A program made the position numbers and the translations under genes. DNA of 64,000 nt from Christensenellales bacterium (GTDB lineage: Bacteria; Bacillota; Clostridia; Christensenellales; UBA3700), in the NCBI GenBank assembly GCA_051883455.1, contig JBJETT010000002.1, positions 12,584 to 76,583 on the forward strand. The letters run 5' to 3'. Below, piece by piece: positions 21,524-31,738 of this stretch (its first letter is position 1; each line of letters starts with the position of its first letter). Under the pieces are notes generated by a model that worked only from the letters and a program-made list of their open reading frames with translations, ran no database searches and was not told where the DNA came from.

Positions 21524-23482
21524 ATGGCAGAAAAATTTTATATTACCACACCAATCTATTATCCAAGCGGCAAGTGGCATATAGGCACTTGCTACACGAC
21601 TATCGTTTGCGACGCAATCGCTCGTTTCAAACGAATGCAAGGCGTGGACGTCTTTTATTTGACGGGTACCGACGAACACGGACAAAAAATCCAAAAAGTT
21701 GCTCAAGCGGCGGGCGTCCCTGTCAAAGAATATATTGACAAAATCGTAGGAGAACTCAAGGACCTTTGGAAGCTCCTCGACATTTCTTATGACAAATTTA
21801 TCCGTACCACCGACGAATATCACGAGAAGGCAGTACAAAAGATTTTCAACAAGCTCTACGAGCAAGGTGACATTTACAAGAGCGAATACGAGGGTTGGTA
21901 TTGCACCCCTTGCGAAGCCTTTTGGACCAAGTCGCAACTCGTTGACGGCAAATGCCCCGACTGCGGTAGACCTGTCGAACTGATGAAAGAGGAGAGCTAC
22001 TTCTTCAAGATGAGCAAATATCAAGATAGAATTATCAAACTCATCGAAGAAAATCCCGACTTTCTGCAACCCGTATCCCGTCAAAACGAGATGCTCAACA
22101 ACTTCTTAAGACCGGGACTCCAAGATTTGTGCGTATCGAGGACGTCGTTCGATTGGGGTATCAAAGTGCCTTTTGACCCAAAACACGTAGTATACGTATG
22201 GCTTGACGCTCTCACCAACTATATCACGGCACTCGGTTACGGCAGTGACGACACGACTTTGTTCGACAAATATTGGCCTGCCGATATCCACATGATGGGC
22301 AAAGAAATCATTAGATTCCACTCTATTATATGGCCTGCAATCTTGATGGCACTCGACATACCTCTTCCGAAGAAGGTTTACGGACACGGCTGGCTCAAGT
22401 TTGGCACCGACAAGATGAGCAAGTCCAAAGGCAACGTGGTAGACCCGTTTATCTTATGCGATAGATACGGAGTGGACGCGCTCAGATATTATATGCTTAG
22501 AGAGGTGCAGTTTGGACAAGACGGCAGTTATACCAACGAGAGCTTTATCAAGCGTATCAACAGCGACTTGACCAACGAGCTCGGCAACCTCGTATCGAGA
22601 GTTACGGCAATGGTTACGCAGTACTTTGGCGGTCAAATACCTGCTCCAAACGAACAACAACCTATAGACGTTGAACTCAAAGAGCTATGTGAGGGCTTGT
22701 ACGGCAAATTGTGCAAGGATATAGACGAACTCGCCGTGCCTCAGGCGCTAGAGCATATATGGGAAGTTATTCAAAGAGCCAACAAGTATATAGACGAAAC
22801 CACGCCTTGGATACTTGCCAAGAGCGAAGACGGCAAGGTAAGGCTTGCAACCGTTATGTACAACTTGTGCGAGGCAATAAGATACGTAGCAACTACGCTT
22901 AGACCATTCCTCACTAAGACGCCCGACAAGATTTTTGCCAAGCTCGGCATAGAGGACGAGGCGCTCAAGAGTTTCGACTCGCTATCAACTTTCGGCGCAA
23001 CCAAAGTCGGCACTACGGTGGACAAGGGCGAAGCGCTCTTTGTTAGATACGACCTCAACAAAGAGCTGGCGTATATGGACGGCATAATCGAAGAACAAAT
23101 GAAACAAGCTAAAGCAAAGGAAGAAAAACAAGTGGAAAACGCAGTTACTATTCAAGAAATCGGTATCGAAGAATTCGAAAAGGTACAACTCAAAGTCGGC
23201 ACGATTGTCGAGTGCGAAAAAGTACCTAAGGCGGACAAGCTACTTTGCAGCAAAGTCGACCTCGGCGAGGGAAGTTTGCGCACTATCGTCAGCGGAATTG
23301 CCAAGTATTACACCCCTGAAGAAATGGTTGGCAAGCAAGTGGTGGTAGTCACCAACCTCAAGCCTGTCAAGCTTCGCGGCATAGAGTCGCAAGGCATGGT
23401 GCTTTGCGCAAGCGACGACGAGGGCAACCTCACTCTGATATCACCTGCTGTCAAAATGAAGTCGGGTAGCGAAATAAGATGA
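21524..23482 (+). CDS. metG: Methionyl-tRNA synthetase with C-terminal tRNA-binding domain
   Basis: YITTPIYY, WHIG, KMSKS, zinc knuckles, C-terminal Trbp111-like NLKP...GIESQGM. Confidence 0.97.
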   Translation: MAEKFYITTPIYYPSGKWHIGTCYTTIVCDAIARFKRMQGVDVFYLTGTDEHGQKIQKVAQAAGVPVKEYIDKIVGELKDLWKLLDISYDKFIRTTDEYHEKAVQKIFNKLYEQGDIYKSEYEGWYCTPCEAFWTKSQLVDGKCPDCGRPVELMKEESYFFKMSKYQDRIIKLIEENPDFLQPVSRQNEMLNNFLRPGLQDLCVSRTSFDWGIKVPFDPKHVVYVWLDALTNYITALGYGSDDTTLFDKYWPADIHMMGKEIIRFHSIIWPAILMALDIPLPKKVYGHGWLKFGTDKMSKSKGNVVDPFILCDRYGVDALRYYMLREVQFGQDGSYTNESFIKRINSDLTNELGNLVSRVTAMVTQYFGGQIPAPNEQQPIDVELKELCEGLYGKLCKDIDELAVPQALEHIWEVIQRANKYIDETTPWILAKSEDGKVRLATVMYNLCEAIRYVATTLRPFLTKTPDKIFAKLGIEDEALKSFDSLSTFGATKVGTTVDKGEALFVRYDLNKELAYMDGIIEEQMKQAKAKEEKQVENAVTIQEIGIEEFEKVQLKVGTIVECEKVPKADKLLCSKVDLGEGSLRTIVSGIAKYYTPEEMVGKQVVVVTNLKPVKLRGIESQGMVLCASDDEGNLTLISPAVKMKSGSEIR

Positions 23483-24249
23483 TAATAGACTCTCACGCAC
23501 ACGTCAACGACAGCGCTTTAGACGAGTTGCGCTCGCAAATATTGCAAGATACGGTTGATATTCCTATGAAGTTTTGCGAAGTGGGGTTTGATTGCGACAG
23601 CTCGCTGAGAGCCGTAGACCTTGCCGAGAACAACGTAGGCGTCTACGCAATAATCGGCACGCATCCGCAAGAAGCGGAAAAGTTGACGGACGAACACCTA
23701 GAAACATATCGAAGACTATCCACTCACCCCAAGGTAGTGGCGTTGGGCGAGATAGGGCTAGACTATCACTATCCCGACCCACCGAGAGAGAGTCAGCTTG
23801 TGGCCTTCGAAAGACAGCTCCAACTTGCGACCACTCTCGACTTGCCCGTGGTGTTGCACGTAAGGGAGAGCTATAAGGACACCTTTGACCTATTGTCGCA
23901 ATATGCTAGCGGTATCAAGAGAGGAATACTTTTGCACTGTTACAGTGGGTCGGTAGAGAGTGTAAAACTCTTTGATAAGCTGGGTTGTTATTACGCTTTG
24001 GGCGGAGCGATCACCTTCAAAAACGCAAAAAAGGAAGATGTCATCAAGGCAATTAGCCCCGATAGACTTTTGCTAGAAACAGATTGTCCTTATATGACGC
24101 CCGTACCATTTAGAGGCACGCCTAATATGCCTAAGTACGTAAGACTCGTTGCACAAAAAGTGGCGGACGTGCTTGGCGAGGACGTGGAGAGCGTAATAGA
24201 AAGAACAAGTGCCAATACCAAGAGATTATTCTACAAAATAGTAGACTGA
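23479..24249 (+). CDS. tatD: TatD family hydrolase/DNase
   Basis: DSHAH, GEIGLDY, HVRE, LHCY, LETDCPY. Confidence 0.93.
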   Translation: MIIDSHAHVNDSALDELRSQILQDTVDIPMKFCEVGFDCDSSLRAVDLAENNVGVYAIIGTHPQEAEKLTDEHLETYRRLSTHPKVVALGEIGLDYHYPDPPRESQLVAFERQLQLATTLDLPVVLHVRESYKDTFDLLSQYASGIKRGILLHCYSGSVESVKLFDKLGCYYALGGAITFKNAKKEDVIKAISPDRLLLETDCPYMTPVPFRGTPNMPKYVRLVAQKVADVLGEDVESVIERTSANTKRLFYKIVD

Positions 24250-24259
24250 CGGAGGAAGT

Positions 24260-24856
24260 ATGGGACAAAAATACGTCTACACCGTGGACAACAATTTATA
24301 TATCAATCTCACCAATCGTTGCAGCAACAGGTGCGAATTTTGCGTGAGGTATTACGACAAACCTATCTACGGCGACTTGTGGATTAAGGACGAGCCGACA
24401 GCAGAGCAAGTCATTGACATACTTGAGCGTGACTACGATATTGCCGATTACGGCGAAGTGGTATTTTGCGGTTACGGAGAGCCGACCTACAAGTTTGACG
24501 AGATAGTCAAGATATGCGACTATGTTCACTCTAAGGGTGGCAAGACTCGTATCAACACTAACGGACAGGGTAGCCAAATCAACGGCAGAGATATATCGGG
24601 TGAGATGAGCAAAATCATGGATACTATCAACATATCGCTCAACGCTACCGACAAGGTCAAGTACGACGCAATTTGTCACAGTGATTACGGCTTGGAGGCA
24701 TTTGATATTATGCTCGACTTTGCAAGAAGCTGCGTTCAAGCGGGTGGCAACGTCGTGCTTAGCGTGGTGGATTGCATTGGACAAGAAGAGATAGCTAAAG
24801 CACGCAAAATCGCCGAGGAAATCGGAGCAAAGCTAAGAGTGAGAGAGTTGTTATGA
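24260..24856 (+). CDS. TatD-associated radical SAM protein
   Basis: LYINLTNRCSNRCEFC, VVFCGYGEPT, RINTNG; follows tatD. Confidence 0.88.
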   Translation: MGQKYVYTVDNNLYINLTNRCSNRCEFCVRYYDKPIYGDLWIKDEPTAEQVIDILERDYDIADYGEVVFCGYGEPTYKFDEIVKICDYVHSKGGKTRINTNGQGSQINGRDISGEMSKIMDTINISLNATDKVKYDAICHSDYGLEAFDIMLDFARSCVQAGGNVVLSVVDCIGQEEIAKARKIAEEIGAKLRVRELL

Positions 24857-25674
24857 ATATAAGCGAATTGCTAAAAGACAACGACTTCAGATTCAACAAG
24901 CAGTTTGGTCAAAACTTTATCACTGACGTCAATCTTCTTAGCGCGATGGTAGCGGACAGCGGAATAACGTCAGACGACGTGGTTGTTGAGATTGGCGCGG
25001 GTGCGGGCACGTTGACAAGGCAACTCGCAAGCGTGGCAAAAAAGGTGTATTCCTTCGAGATAGACCGCAATCTAGTACCTATTTTGTCCCAGTCGCTACA
25101 AGGCTTGGACGATAAGGTTGAGGTGATTTTCAAGGACTTTCAAAAGGTGAGTGAAGAAGAACTCATCGCAATGACGGGCAATAAGTACAAGGTCGTTGCT
25201 AATCTTCCTTACTATATCACCACCCCTCTAATAATGCGCTTCTTGGAGAGCGAGCACAAACCCGAAAGCGTGACGGTGATGATACAAAAAGAAGTGGGAG
25301 AGCGTATAGTCAGCAAGGAAGGTAGCGGTGACTACGGCGTGATAACTCTTGCCATTGCCTTAGAGGGTGAGGCAAAGATTACTCGCACCGTGCCTAAGAC
25401 TCTCTTCGTGCCACAACCCAAGGTCGATAGCTGTATAGTGCGCATAGACCTAGACGACAAGTACGACGGCGTGGACAAGGCTAAGGTTAAGAAGGTGATA
25501 AGGGCGGGATTTGCTATGAGAAGAAAGACGCTCGTCAACAACCTTTTGCAGTTGGGCGTAGATAGAAGCGTGGCGGAAAAGGCTCTCACCGATATGGGAC
25601 TGGATATTAGAGTGAGAGGCGAGAGCTTGTCCTTGGAGCAGTACGTAGAACTATCGGACAAACTGTCTATATAG
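24853..25674 (+). CDS. rsmA: 16S rRNA (adenine1518/1519) dimethyltransferase
   Basis: KQFGQNF, VEIGAGAG, VANLPYYITTP, RRKTL. Confidence 0.96.
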   Translation: MNISELLKDNDFRFNKQFGQNFITDVNLLSAMVADSGITSDDVVVEIGAGAGTLTRQLASVAKKVYSFEIDRNLVPILSQSLQGLDDKVEVIFKDFQKVSEEELIAMTGNKYKVVANLPYYITTPLIMRFLESEHKPESVTVMIQKEVGERIVSKEGSGDYGVITLAIALEGEAKITRTVPKTLFVPQPKVDSCIVRIDLDDKYDGVDKAKVKKVIRAGFAMRRKTLVNNLLQLGVDRSVAEKALTDMGLDIRVRGESLSLEQYVELSDKLSI

Positions 25675-25708
25675 GATAAAAATATATTGATAAATATTAT
25701 AATATAAG

Positions 25709-25732
25709 AGCGGACGCATTCGTCCGTTTTTT
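25709..25732 (+). terminator. Intrinsic terminator after rsmA
   Basis: cggacg-catt-cgtccg plus T6. Confidence 0.75.
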
Positions 25733-25827
25733 GTTGCCAAAATTCTACCAATTTGAGTGGCGTTTTGCTTTGTTTGCAAGTAATATTAGTTAGCTTGACG
25801 GCATAGTCTATTGTGATAGGAGGGGCT

Positions 25828-26823
25828 ATGTTTATCAATAAAAAACTTATCGTGCTTAGCGGAGATACGACGGGATACGTCAAAATAGAAAGGTTGAGTG
25901 ACAAGTGCATTGCCAAAGCCAAAATCAACGGGGCTAAGGATGCACTAATCGGAATATTCGAAGGGGATAGATTGGCATATCTCGGTGATTGTGACAGCGT
26001 TGCTAATATAGAAGGAGTTGATATGGACGCCACGCTCACGGCTGTGGCTTTGTCGGAGGGTAGAATAATTGCCAAAGGTAGCGTCAACGGCAACGCACTT
26101 GGTCAGGCGCATATTCTTAGGGAGATAAATAATAGGGTGAGCAAGTACGATAATAGCCAAAAAGTCGATACGTATCCCCAAAAATCTCAACAACGGCAAT
26201 CTAACGTAGAGCAAAATAGCGATGCGATTAGAGCCCAAGAGCAAGTGCAAAATGACGAGAAAAAACGCAAAATCAATCGTCAAGAAATAATTCATGAAGA
26301 GCCTCACCGTATAGAAGAAAGAAAAGAGGCTCGGGAAGAAAAAGAAGAGTGCGACGAAACCTTAACGAGCGAGCAAGAGGTTGTAGAAGAGGTGCAACCT
26401 ACCATGCAAGCGAGTGAGGATAAGTTTGAACAAGAGCTAATAGCTAAGGGCGATACGTCAAACGACGTGAGCGAAAATACGGGAGAGGAGTATAAGCCTT
26501 CTACGGACTTTTATAACTCTATCAAAGACGAGCTCGACAAATTATTTGACACTTATCAAGCCGACGAAGAGTTGGAGAGCCTAATCGAAAACAGTAGGTG
26601 GGTGAGAGTGCCTACGGGAGAAGAGGGCTATTACGTTACGGGCATAATTTATTACGACGGCGTGCCACAAATAATATGTTACGGCGTGCCCGACAAGGAC
26701 AACTCCAATCCACCGCCTTGCAGCTCGAGTTGCAGACAATGGTTGCCTATTGTAGAAGACGGCAGAGGCTATTGGATGATGTATCAATCTGCTATCGACG
26801 GAGAATTCGTAGAGGAAAGTTAA
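25828..26823 (+). CDS. Hypothetical protein with acidic low-complexity linker and conserved-looking C-terminal domain
   Basis: AGGAGG RBS, 331 codons; C-terminus SRWVRV...ICYGVP...PP...GYWMMYQ. Confidence 0.8.
   Translation: MFINKKLIVLSGDTTGYVKIERLSDKCIAKAKINGAKDALIGIFEGDRLAYLGDCDSVANIEGVDMDATLTAVALSEGRIIAKGSVNGNALGQAHILREINNRVSKYDNSQKVDTYPQKSQQRQSNVEQNSDAIRAQEQVQNDEKKRKINRQEIIHEEPHRIEERKEAREEKEECDETLTSEQEVVEEVQPTMQASEDKFEQELIAKGDTSNDVSENTGEEYKPSTDFYNSIKDELDKLFDTYQADEELESLIENSRWVRVPTGEEGYYVTGIIYYDGVPQIICYGVPDKDNSNPPPCSSSCRQWLPIVEDGRGYWMMYQSAIDGEFVEES
26159..26176 (+). repeat. Dispersed motif copy 3 (AAAAAGTCGATACGTATC), inside a CDS
   Basis: Exact match to TCGATACGTRT; encodes KVDTY. Confidence 0.8.
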
Positions 26824-26837
26824 ATTCTCAATCTACT

Positions 26838-26859
26838 CGCCACCTGAGGGTGGCGTTTT
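26838..26859 (+). terminator. Intrinsic terminator
   Basis: cgccacc-tgag-ggtggcg plus tttt. Confidence 0.75.
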
Positions 26860-27113
26860 CGTATAACGTTGCTCGTTGCTCCTTGACGTATTATTATATG
26901 ATTTATAATTTTGCCGGTAGTTGCAGAGATTTCTCTCATTACGATAGGAAAATCGCTTTGTTAAAAACTCGAGAAGTACAGTAGTGCGTTGAATATTATT
27001 CGGATAATTATGATAAAATAAAAAATTTTATAAAAACATAAAAATATTATTGTCTAACAGCGTGAATTAGTGTAAAATAACTGTAAAAGAAAATTTACAA
27101 AAGGGGAAAACTT

Positions 27114-28535
27114 ATGAAAAAAGGTTTTATTACACCAAAAGAAGCCGTCTTAAGCTTCCAACACGTTTTCGCAATGCTCGGCGCAACCATTCTCGTACCG
27201 ATTCTTGCCAATATGAGTATCTCAATCGCTCTTATCTCGGCAGGTATAGGTACGATTATTTTTTATTTCATCACCAAGCGTAAAGTCCCCGTATTCTTGG
27301 GCTCTAGCTTTGCTTTCTTGAGCGCACTGCAGATGCAAATGGGAGACAAAGGGGCTATCGGTTCCGAGACTTGGAACTACGCAATGGCGCAACTAAGTAT
27401 TGCAGTCCTCTGTACGGGTCTCGTTTACGTAATCTTGTCATTGATTATCAAACTCGTCGGCACCAACTTTATTCGTAAACTTTTCCCACCAATCGTCGTA
27501 GGTCCGGTAATCATAGTTATCGGTATGTGTCTTGCGCCCGTTGCAATCAACAACTTCGTAGCGCCCGACACTGCAACCACTACGCAAACCATCGGTTACG
27601 TAATCACAGGCGTTGCAACGGCGGCAACCATTATCGGATTTTCGGTATTTGCCAAAGGTTTCTTCAAGATTATCCCTGTATTGCTCGGTATCGTTGTAGG
27701 CTATATCGTAGCGCTTTGCTTCGGTATCGTTAGTTTTGACACCGTAGTCAACAGTGGTTGGATTTTGTTCCAACCAAGCGAGTTTAGCAAGGCATTCGGC
27801 TGGTACGGCTCACTCGGCAAGATTTGGAACAAAGATTTGCTCAAAGTAATATTGATGTTCGCACCAATTGCTATAGTTACCTTTATGGAACACCTTGGCG
27901 ACGTCAACGCAAGCTCTATCGTGTGCGGTAAGGACTTCATCACCGACCCGGGCGTACATCGCACCTTGCTCGGCGACGGCGTTGCAACCATGGCAGCAGG
28001 TCTTATCGGCGGTCCTTGCAACACCACTTACGGCGAGAACACCGCAGTTCTTTCCCTTACCAAGAACTATAATCCTAACGTATTGTTCGTTGCAGGTATC
28101 TTTGCGGTAGTGCTTGGTATCTTTAGCAAGTTCGGCGCAGTGCTCGGCACAATCCCTGCACCTGTAATCGGTGGCGCTTCGCTCATTCTCTACGGTATGA
28201 TTGCAGCCAACGGTCTAAAGACTATCGTTGAGGCAAAGGTTGACTTCTCCGATAGTAAGAACATGATCGTATGTTCCGTAATCCTCGTTATCGGTATCGG
28301 TATGAGCGCGGCAGGCAAGACTCTCAACATCGGCATACTCAGCTTCTCGGCACTCGCAGTAGCTACCTTTATCGGTATCATTCTCAACGCAATCTTTATG
28401 ATTGGCAGAGGCAAGAATAAGCAAGAGTCTATCGTTGGTAGCGCTTACGGCGGAGAACTAGTCAAGAGCGAAGAAGCAACCGAAGAAGCGGTAGTTGAAG
28501 AAACCGTTGCTACCGAAAGCGTGGACAACAACTAA
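27114..28535 (+). CDS. uraA: Uracil/xanthine permease (NCS2 family)
   Basis: QHVFAMLGATILVP, LGSSFAF, EHLGD, NTTYGEN; upstream of upp. Confidence 0.92.
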   Translation: MKKGFITPKEAVLSFQHVFAMLGATILVPILANMSISIALISAGIGTIIFYFITKRKVPVFLGSSFAFLSALQMQMGDKGAIGSETWNYAMAQLSIAVLCTGLVYVILSLIIKLVGTNFIRKLFPPIVVGPVIIVIGMCLAPVAINNFVAPDTATTTQTIGYVITGVATAATIIGFSVFAKGFFKIIPVLLGIVVGYIVALCFGIVSFDTVVNSGWILFQPSEFSKAFGWYGSLGKIWNKDLLKVILMFAPIAIVTFMEHLGDVNASSIVCGKDFITDPGVHRTLLGDGVATMAAGLIGGPCNTTYGENTAVLSLTKNYNPNVLFVAGIFAVVLGIFSKFGAVLGTIPAPVIGGASLILYGMIAANGLKTIVEAKVDFSDSKNMIVCSVILVIGIGMSAAGKTLNIGILSFSALAVATFIGIILNAIFMIGRGKNKQESIVGSAYGGELVKSEEATEEAVVEETVATESVDNN

Positions 28536-28551
28536 AAAATAGGAGAAAATT

Positions 28552-29190
28552 ATGAAAGATTATCCAAACGTAATGGTATTCAACCACCCTCTCATCAAGC
28601 ACAAAATCGCGCATTTGAGAGACAAAAATACGGGTATGAAAGAGTTTAGAGAGCTTGTGGAAGAGATTACTTCCATTATGGCTTTCGAGGCGCTCAAGGA
28701 TATCCCTACCAAAGAAGTGGAGATAGAGACCCCGCTTGAGGTTTGCACCCAAACCATGATAGTGGAGAAGTCGGTAGCTATCGTGCCTATCCTTAGAGCC
28801 GGTCTAGGAATGGTCAACGGTATTCACACCCTTTTGCCTACCGCCAAAGTGGGACATATCGGTATGTACCGTGATGAAGAAACCATGGAGCCACAAGCAT
28901 ACTACTGCAAACTGCCTCAAGGCATCGAAAATATGAAGGTATTTTTGCTCGACCCAATGCTCGCAACGGGCGGTAGTGCCAGCGAAGCAATAGGCTTTCT
29001 CAAAAAGCAAGGCGTCAAGGATATTACCATGATGAGCATCATCGCAGCGCCTGCAGGATTGGAGAGAGTAGCAGGTGACCACCCTGACGTCAAGGTTTAC
29101 GTGTCCACCTTGGATAGAGAGCTCAACGAGCACTGCTATATCCTCCCGGGACTAGGCGACGCGGGCGATAGACTCTTCGGTACGAAATAA
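28552..29190 (+). CDS. upp: Uracil phosphoribosyltransferase
   Basis: [26 protein letters not shown]. Confidence 0.97.
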   Translation: MKDYPNVMVFNHPLIKHKIAHLRDKNTGMKEFRELVEEITSIMAFEALKDIPTKEVEIETPLEVCTQTMIVEKSVAIVPILRAGLGMVNGIHTLLPTAKVGHIGMYRDEETMEPQAYYCKLPQGIENMKVFLLDPMLATGGSASEAIGFLKKQGVKDITMMSIIAAPAGLERVAGDHPDVKVYVSTLDRELNEHCYILPGLGDAGDRLFGTK

Positions 29191-29212
29191 TTATACAAAA
29201 ATCATCAAAAAC

Positions 29213-29237
29213 AGACGGCTTTTTGCCGTCTTTTTTT
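29213..29237 (+). terminator. Intrinsic terminator after upp
   Basis: agacggc/gccgtct plus T run. Confidence 0.8.
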
Positions 29238-29387
29238 GTCATTTTGACAAGAAATTAGTAGAAAAACAGAACGATAGAAAAGATAATAGAAAATAATCGT
29301 TATTTTTGTCACAAACTTTGGGCTATTGTGTTGTCTTTATATATATTATTTGATATAATGTTGGCAGTTACCAAAACGGAGGAAGTT

Positions 29388-29870
29388 ATGAATATAGAAG
29401 ATTGCACGGTCATTGACGAGATTTTGCAAGCCAACGACAACAGTGCCACCAATCTCATCAGCATTTTGCAACAAATCCAAGGCAAGTATAGATATTTGTC
29501 TCAAGAAGTTATGGAATACGTTGCTAAGAAATTGCAAATCAGTCCTGCCAAAATCTACAGTGTAGCGACTTTTTACGAAAACTTTTCGCTTGAGCCAAAG
29601 GGAAAATACGTATTTAGAGTGTGCGACGGTACGGCTTGTCACGTGCGTAAGTCCACCGCCGTTATCAACGCTTTGCGTGGAGAACTCGGACTTATCAACC
29701 AAGATACGACCGACGACCTTATGTTTACGATAGAGACGGTGTCTTGTCTCGGTGCGTGCGGACTTGCACCCGTGTTGACTCTCAACGACGTGGTTTATCC
29801 TGCAATGACGCCTGACAAAGTCAAGGCACTCATCAAAGAGATTAAGGAGAAAGAAAATGGAAAAGTTTAA
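29388..29870 (+). CDS. hydC: HydC/NuoE-like [2Fe-2S] subunit of bifurcating hydrogenase
   Basis: VCDGTACH and CLGACG motifs. Confidence 0.9.
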   Translation: MNIEDCTVIDEILQANDNSATNLISILQQIQGKYRYLSQEVMEYVAKKLQISPAKIYSVATFYENFSLEPKGKYVFRVCDGTACHVRKSTAVINALRGELGLINQDTTDDLMFTIETVSCLGACGLAPVLTLNDVVYPAMTPDKVKALIKEIKEKENGKV

Positions 29871-31734
29871 GAGCGACGTCGAACTCAAAGTTTTTAGAGA
29901 AACGTGCAAAGAAAACCTCGACAGCCAAAAGAAAAAGGTCTTGGTTTGCGCGGGTACGGGTTGTCTTGCAGGCGGTTCCGACAAGATATATCACCGCATA
30001 ATCGAATTGTGTCAAGCCAAAGGCATTGACGTTCAAGTATCGCTTGAGAGTCACGTTGACCACAGCGGAATTGGCGTCAAAAAGAGCGGTTGCAACGGCT
30101 TTTGCGAGCTTGGTCCCTTGCTTAGAATAGACCCAATGGGGTGGTTGTACACCAAGGTAAAACTCGAAGATTGCGAAGAGATAGTAGACAAGTCTATCGC
30201 TGGCGACGAGCTTATCACTAGACTTATCTACGAAAACAACGTGGCTTTTGCTAAGCAAGATGACATTCCTTTCTATGCTAAGCAGACTCGTACCGTACTT
30301 GCCAACTGCGGACACATTGACGCGGAGGATATAGGCGAATACATTGCCAAGGGCGGATACAGTGCGTTGGAAAAGGCGCTCTTTCACATGACTTCGCAAG
30401 AGATTTGCGACACGATGGTTACTTCCAACCTCAGAGGTAGAGGCGGTGGTGGTTATCCTACGGGACGCAAGTGGGCGCAAGTAGCCAGACAAAAACAACA
30501 ACAAAAGTACATAGTCTGCAACGGCGACGAGGGTGACCCTGGCGCATTTATGGACCGTAGCATTATGGAGGGCAATCCTCATTCCGTACTAGAGGGTATG
30601 ATGATAGCGGGTATTGCCACGGGTGCCGATACGGGCTATATCTACGTAAGAGCAGAATATCCTTTGGCAGTATCTCGTCTACACAAGGCGGTAGAACAAG
30701 CCAAAGAAGTCGGACTTTTGGGCAAAAATATACTTGGTAGCGGATTTAGTTTCGATATTCACATCAACCAAGGCGCGGGCGCATTCGTTTGCGGTGAAGG
30801 TAGCGCAATGACGGCGTCTATCGAAGGTAACAGAGGTATGCCTAGAGTCAAACCGCCTCGTACGGTAGAAGCAGGTTTGTTTGGCAAACCTACCGTGCTC
30901 AACAACGTTGAGACCTTCTCGACCGTACCGCTCATCATAGTCAACGGCGCAGAGTGGTTTTTGGGTATCGGTCCTGCCAACAGCCCGGGAACTAAAGCCT
31001 TTGCGCTTACCGGCAACGTGCGCAATACGGGACTTATCGAAGTACCGATGGGTACGACTTTGAGAGAAGTCGTGTTCGATATCGGCGGCGGTATCAAAAA
31101 CGATAAGAAGTTTAAGGCAGTGCAGATAGGCGGACCGTCGGGCGGTTGTTTGACGGAAGAGCACCTTGACCTTCCGCTTGACTTCGACTCACTCAAGAAG
31201 GTGGGCGCGATGATAGGTAGCGGTGGTCTCGTAGTTATGGACGAGGACACTTGTATGGTAGAGGTTGCGCGCTTCTTCATGAACTTTACCCAAAACGAGT
31301 CTTGCGGCAAGTGCGTACCTTGTAGAGAAGGCACCAAGAGAATGAAGGAAATTCTCGAAAGAATAGTAGCGGGACAAGGACAGCTCGAAGACCTCGATAT
31401 GTTGACGGAGCTTGCCGAAACTATCAGCGCAACGGCTCTGTGTGGACTAGGCAAGACGGCTGCGGGACCTGTTATCAGTACCCTCAAATATTTTAGAGAC
31501 GAGTACGTGACCCACGTCGTGGACAAGAAGTGTCCGACTCACGTATGTAGCAAACTCAAGACCATTTATATCGACCCTGAGGTATGTAGAGGTTGCAGCA
31601 AGTGCGCTAGACAATGCCCTGTTATGGCTATTAGCGGTGAAATCAAAAAGCCGTTCAAGATAGATCCTAACAAGTGTATTAAGTGCGGTGCGTGCGAGAC
31701 GGCTTGTCCGTTTAAGGCAATCAAGGAGGACTAA
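29857..31734 (+). CDS. hydB: HydB/NuoF-like FMN/NADH subunit
   Basis: GRGGGG, CNGDEGDPG, GAFVCGEGSA, SCGKCVPCREG, C-terminal 2[4Fe-4S] ferredoxin. Confidence 0.92.
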   Translation: MEKFKSDVELKVFRETCKENLDSQKKKVLVCAGTGCLAGGSDKIYHRIIELCQAKGIDVQVSLESHVDHSGIGVKKSGCNGFCELGPLLRIDPMGWLYTKVKLEDCEEIVDKSIAGDELITRLIYENNVAFAKQDDIPFYAKQTRTVLANCGHIDAEDIGEYIAKGGYSALEKALFHMTSQEICDTMVTSNLRGRGGGGYPTGRKWAQVARQKQQQKYIVCNGDEGDPGAFMDRSIMEGNPHSVLEGMMIAGIATGADTGYIYVRAEYPLAVSRLHKAVEQAKEVGLLGKNILGSGFSFDIHINQGAGAFVCGEGSAMTASIEGNRGMPRVKPPRTVEAGLFGKPTVLNNVETFSTVPLIIVNGAEWFLGIGPANSPGTKAFALTGNVRNTGLIEVPMGTTLREVVFDIGGGIKNDKKFKAVQIGGPSGGCLTEEHLDLPLDFDSLKKVGAMIGSGGLVVMDEDTCMVEVARFFMNFTQNESCGKCVPCREGTKRMKEILERIVAGQGQLEDLDMLTELAETISATALCGLGKTAAGPVISTLKYFRDEYVTHVVDKKCPTHVCSKLKTIYIDPEVCRGCSKCARQCPVMAISGEIKKPFKIDPNKCIKCGACETACPFKAIKED

Positions 31735-31738
31735 AGCA

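Noticed and set aside
26860-27113. PyrR attenuator upstream of uraA-upp
   Set aside because: No ARUCC.G.GAGGYU binding loop or terminator seen
29236-29250. TTGTCA-TTT-TGACAA palindrome upstream of hydC as a Rex box
   Set aside because: 15 bp rather than the 18-bp TTGTNA-N6-TNACAA spacing, and it overlaps the upp terminator tail
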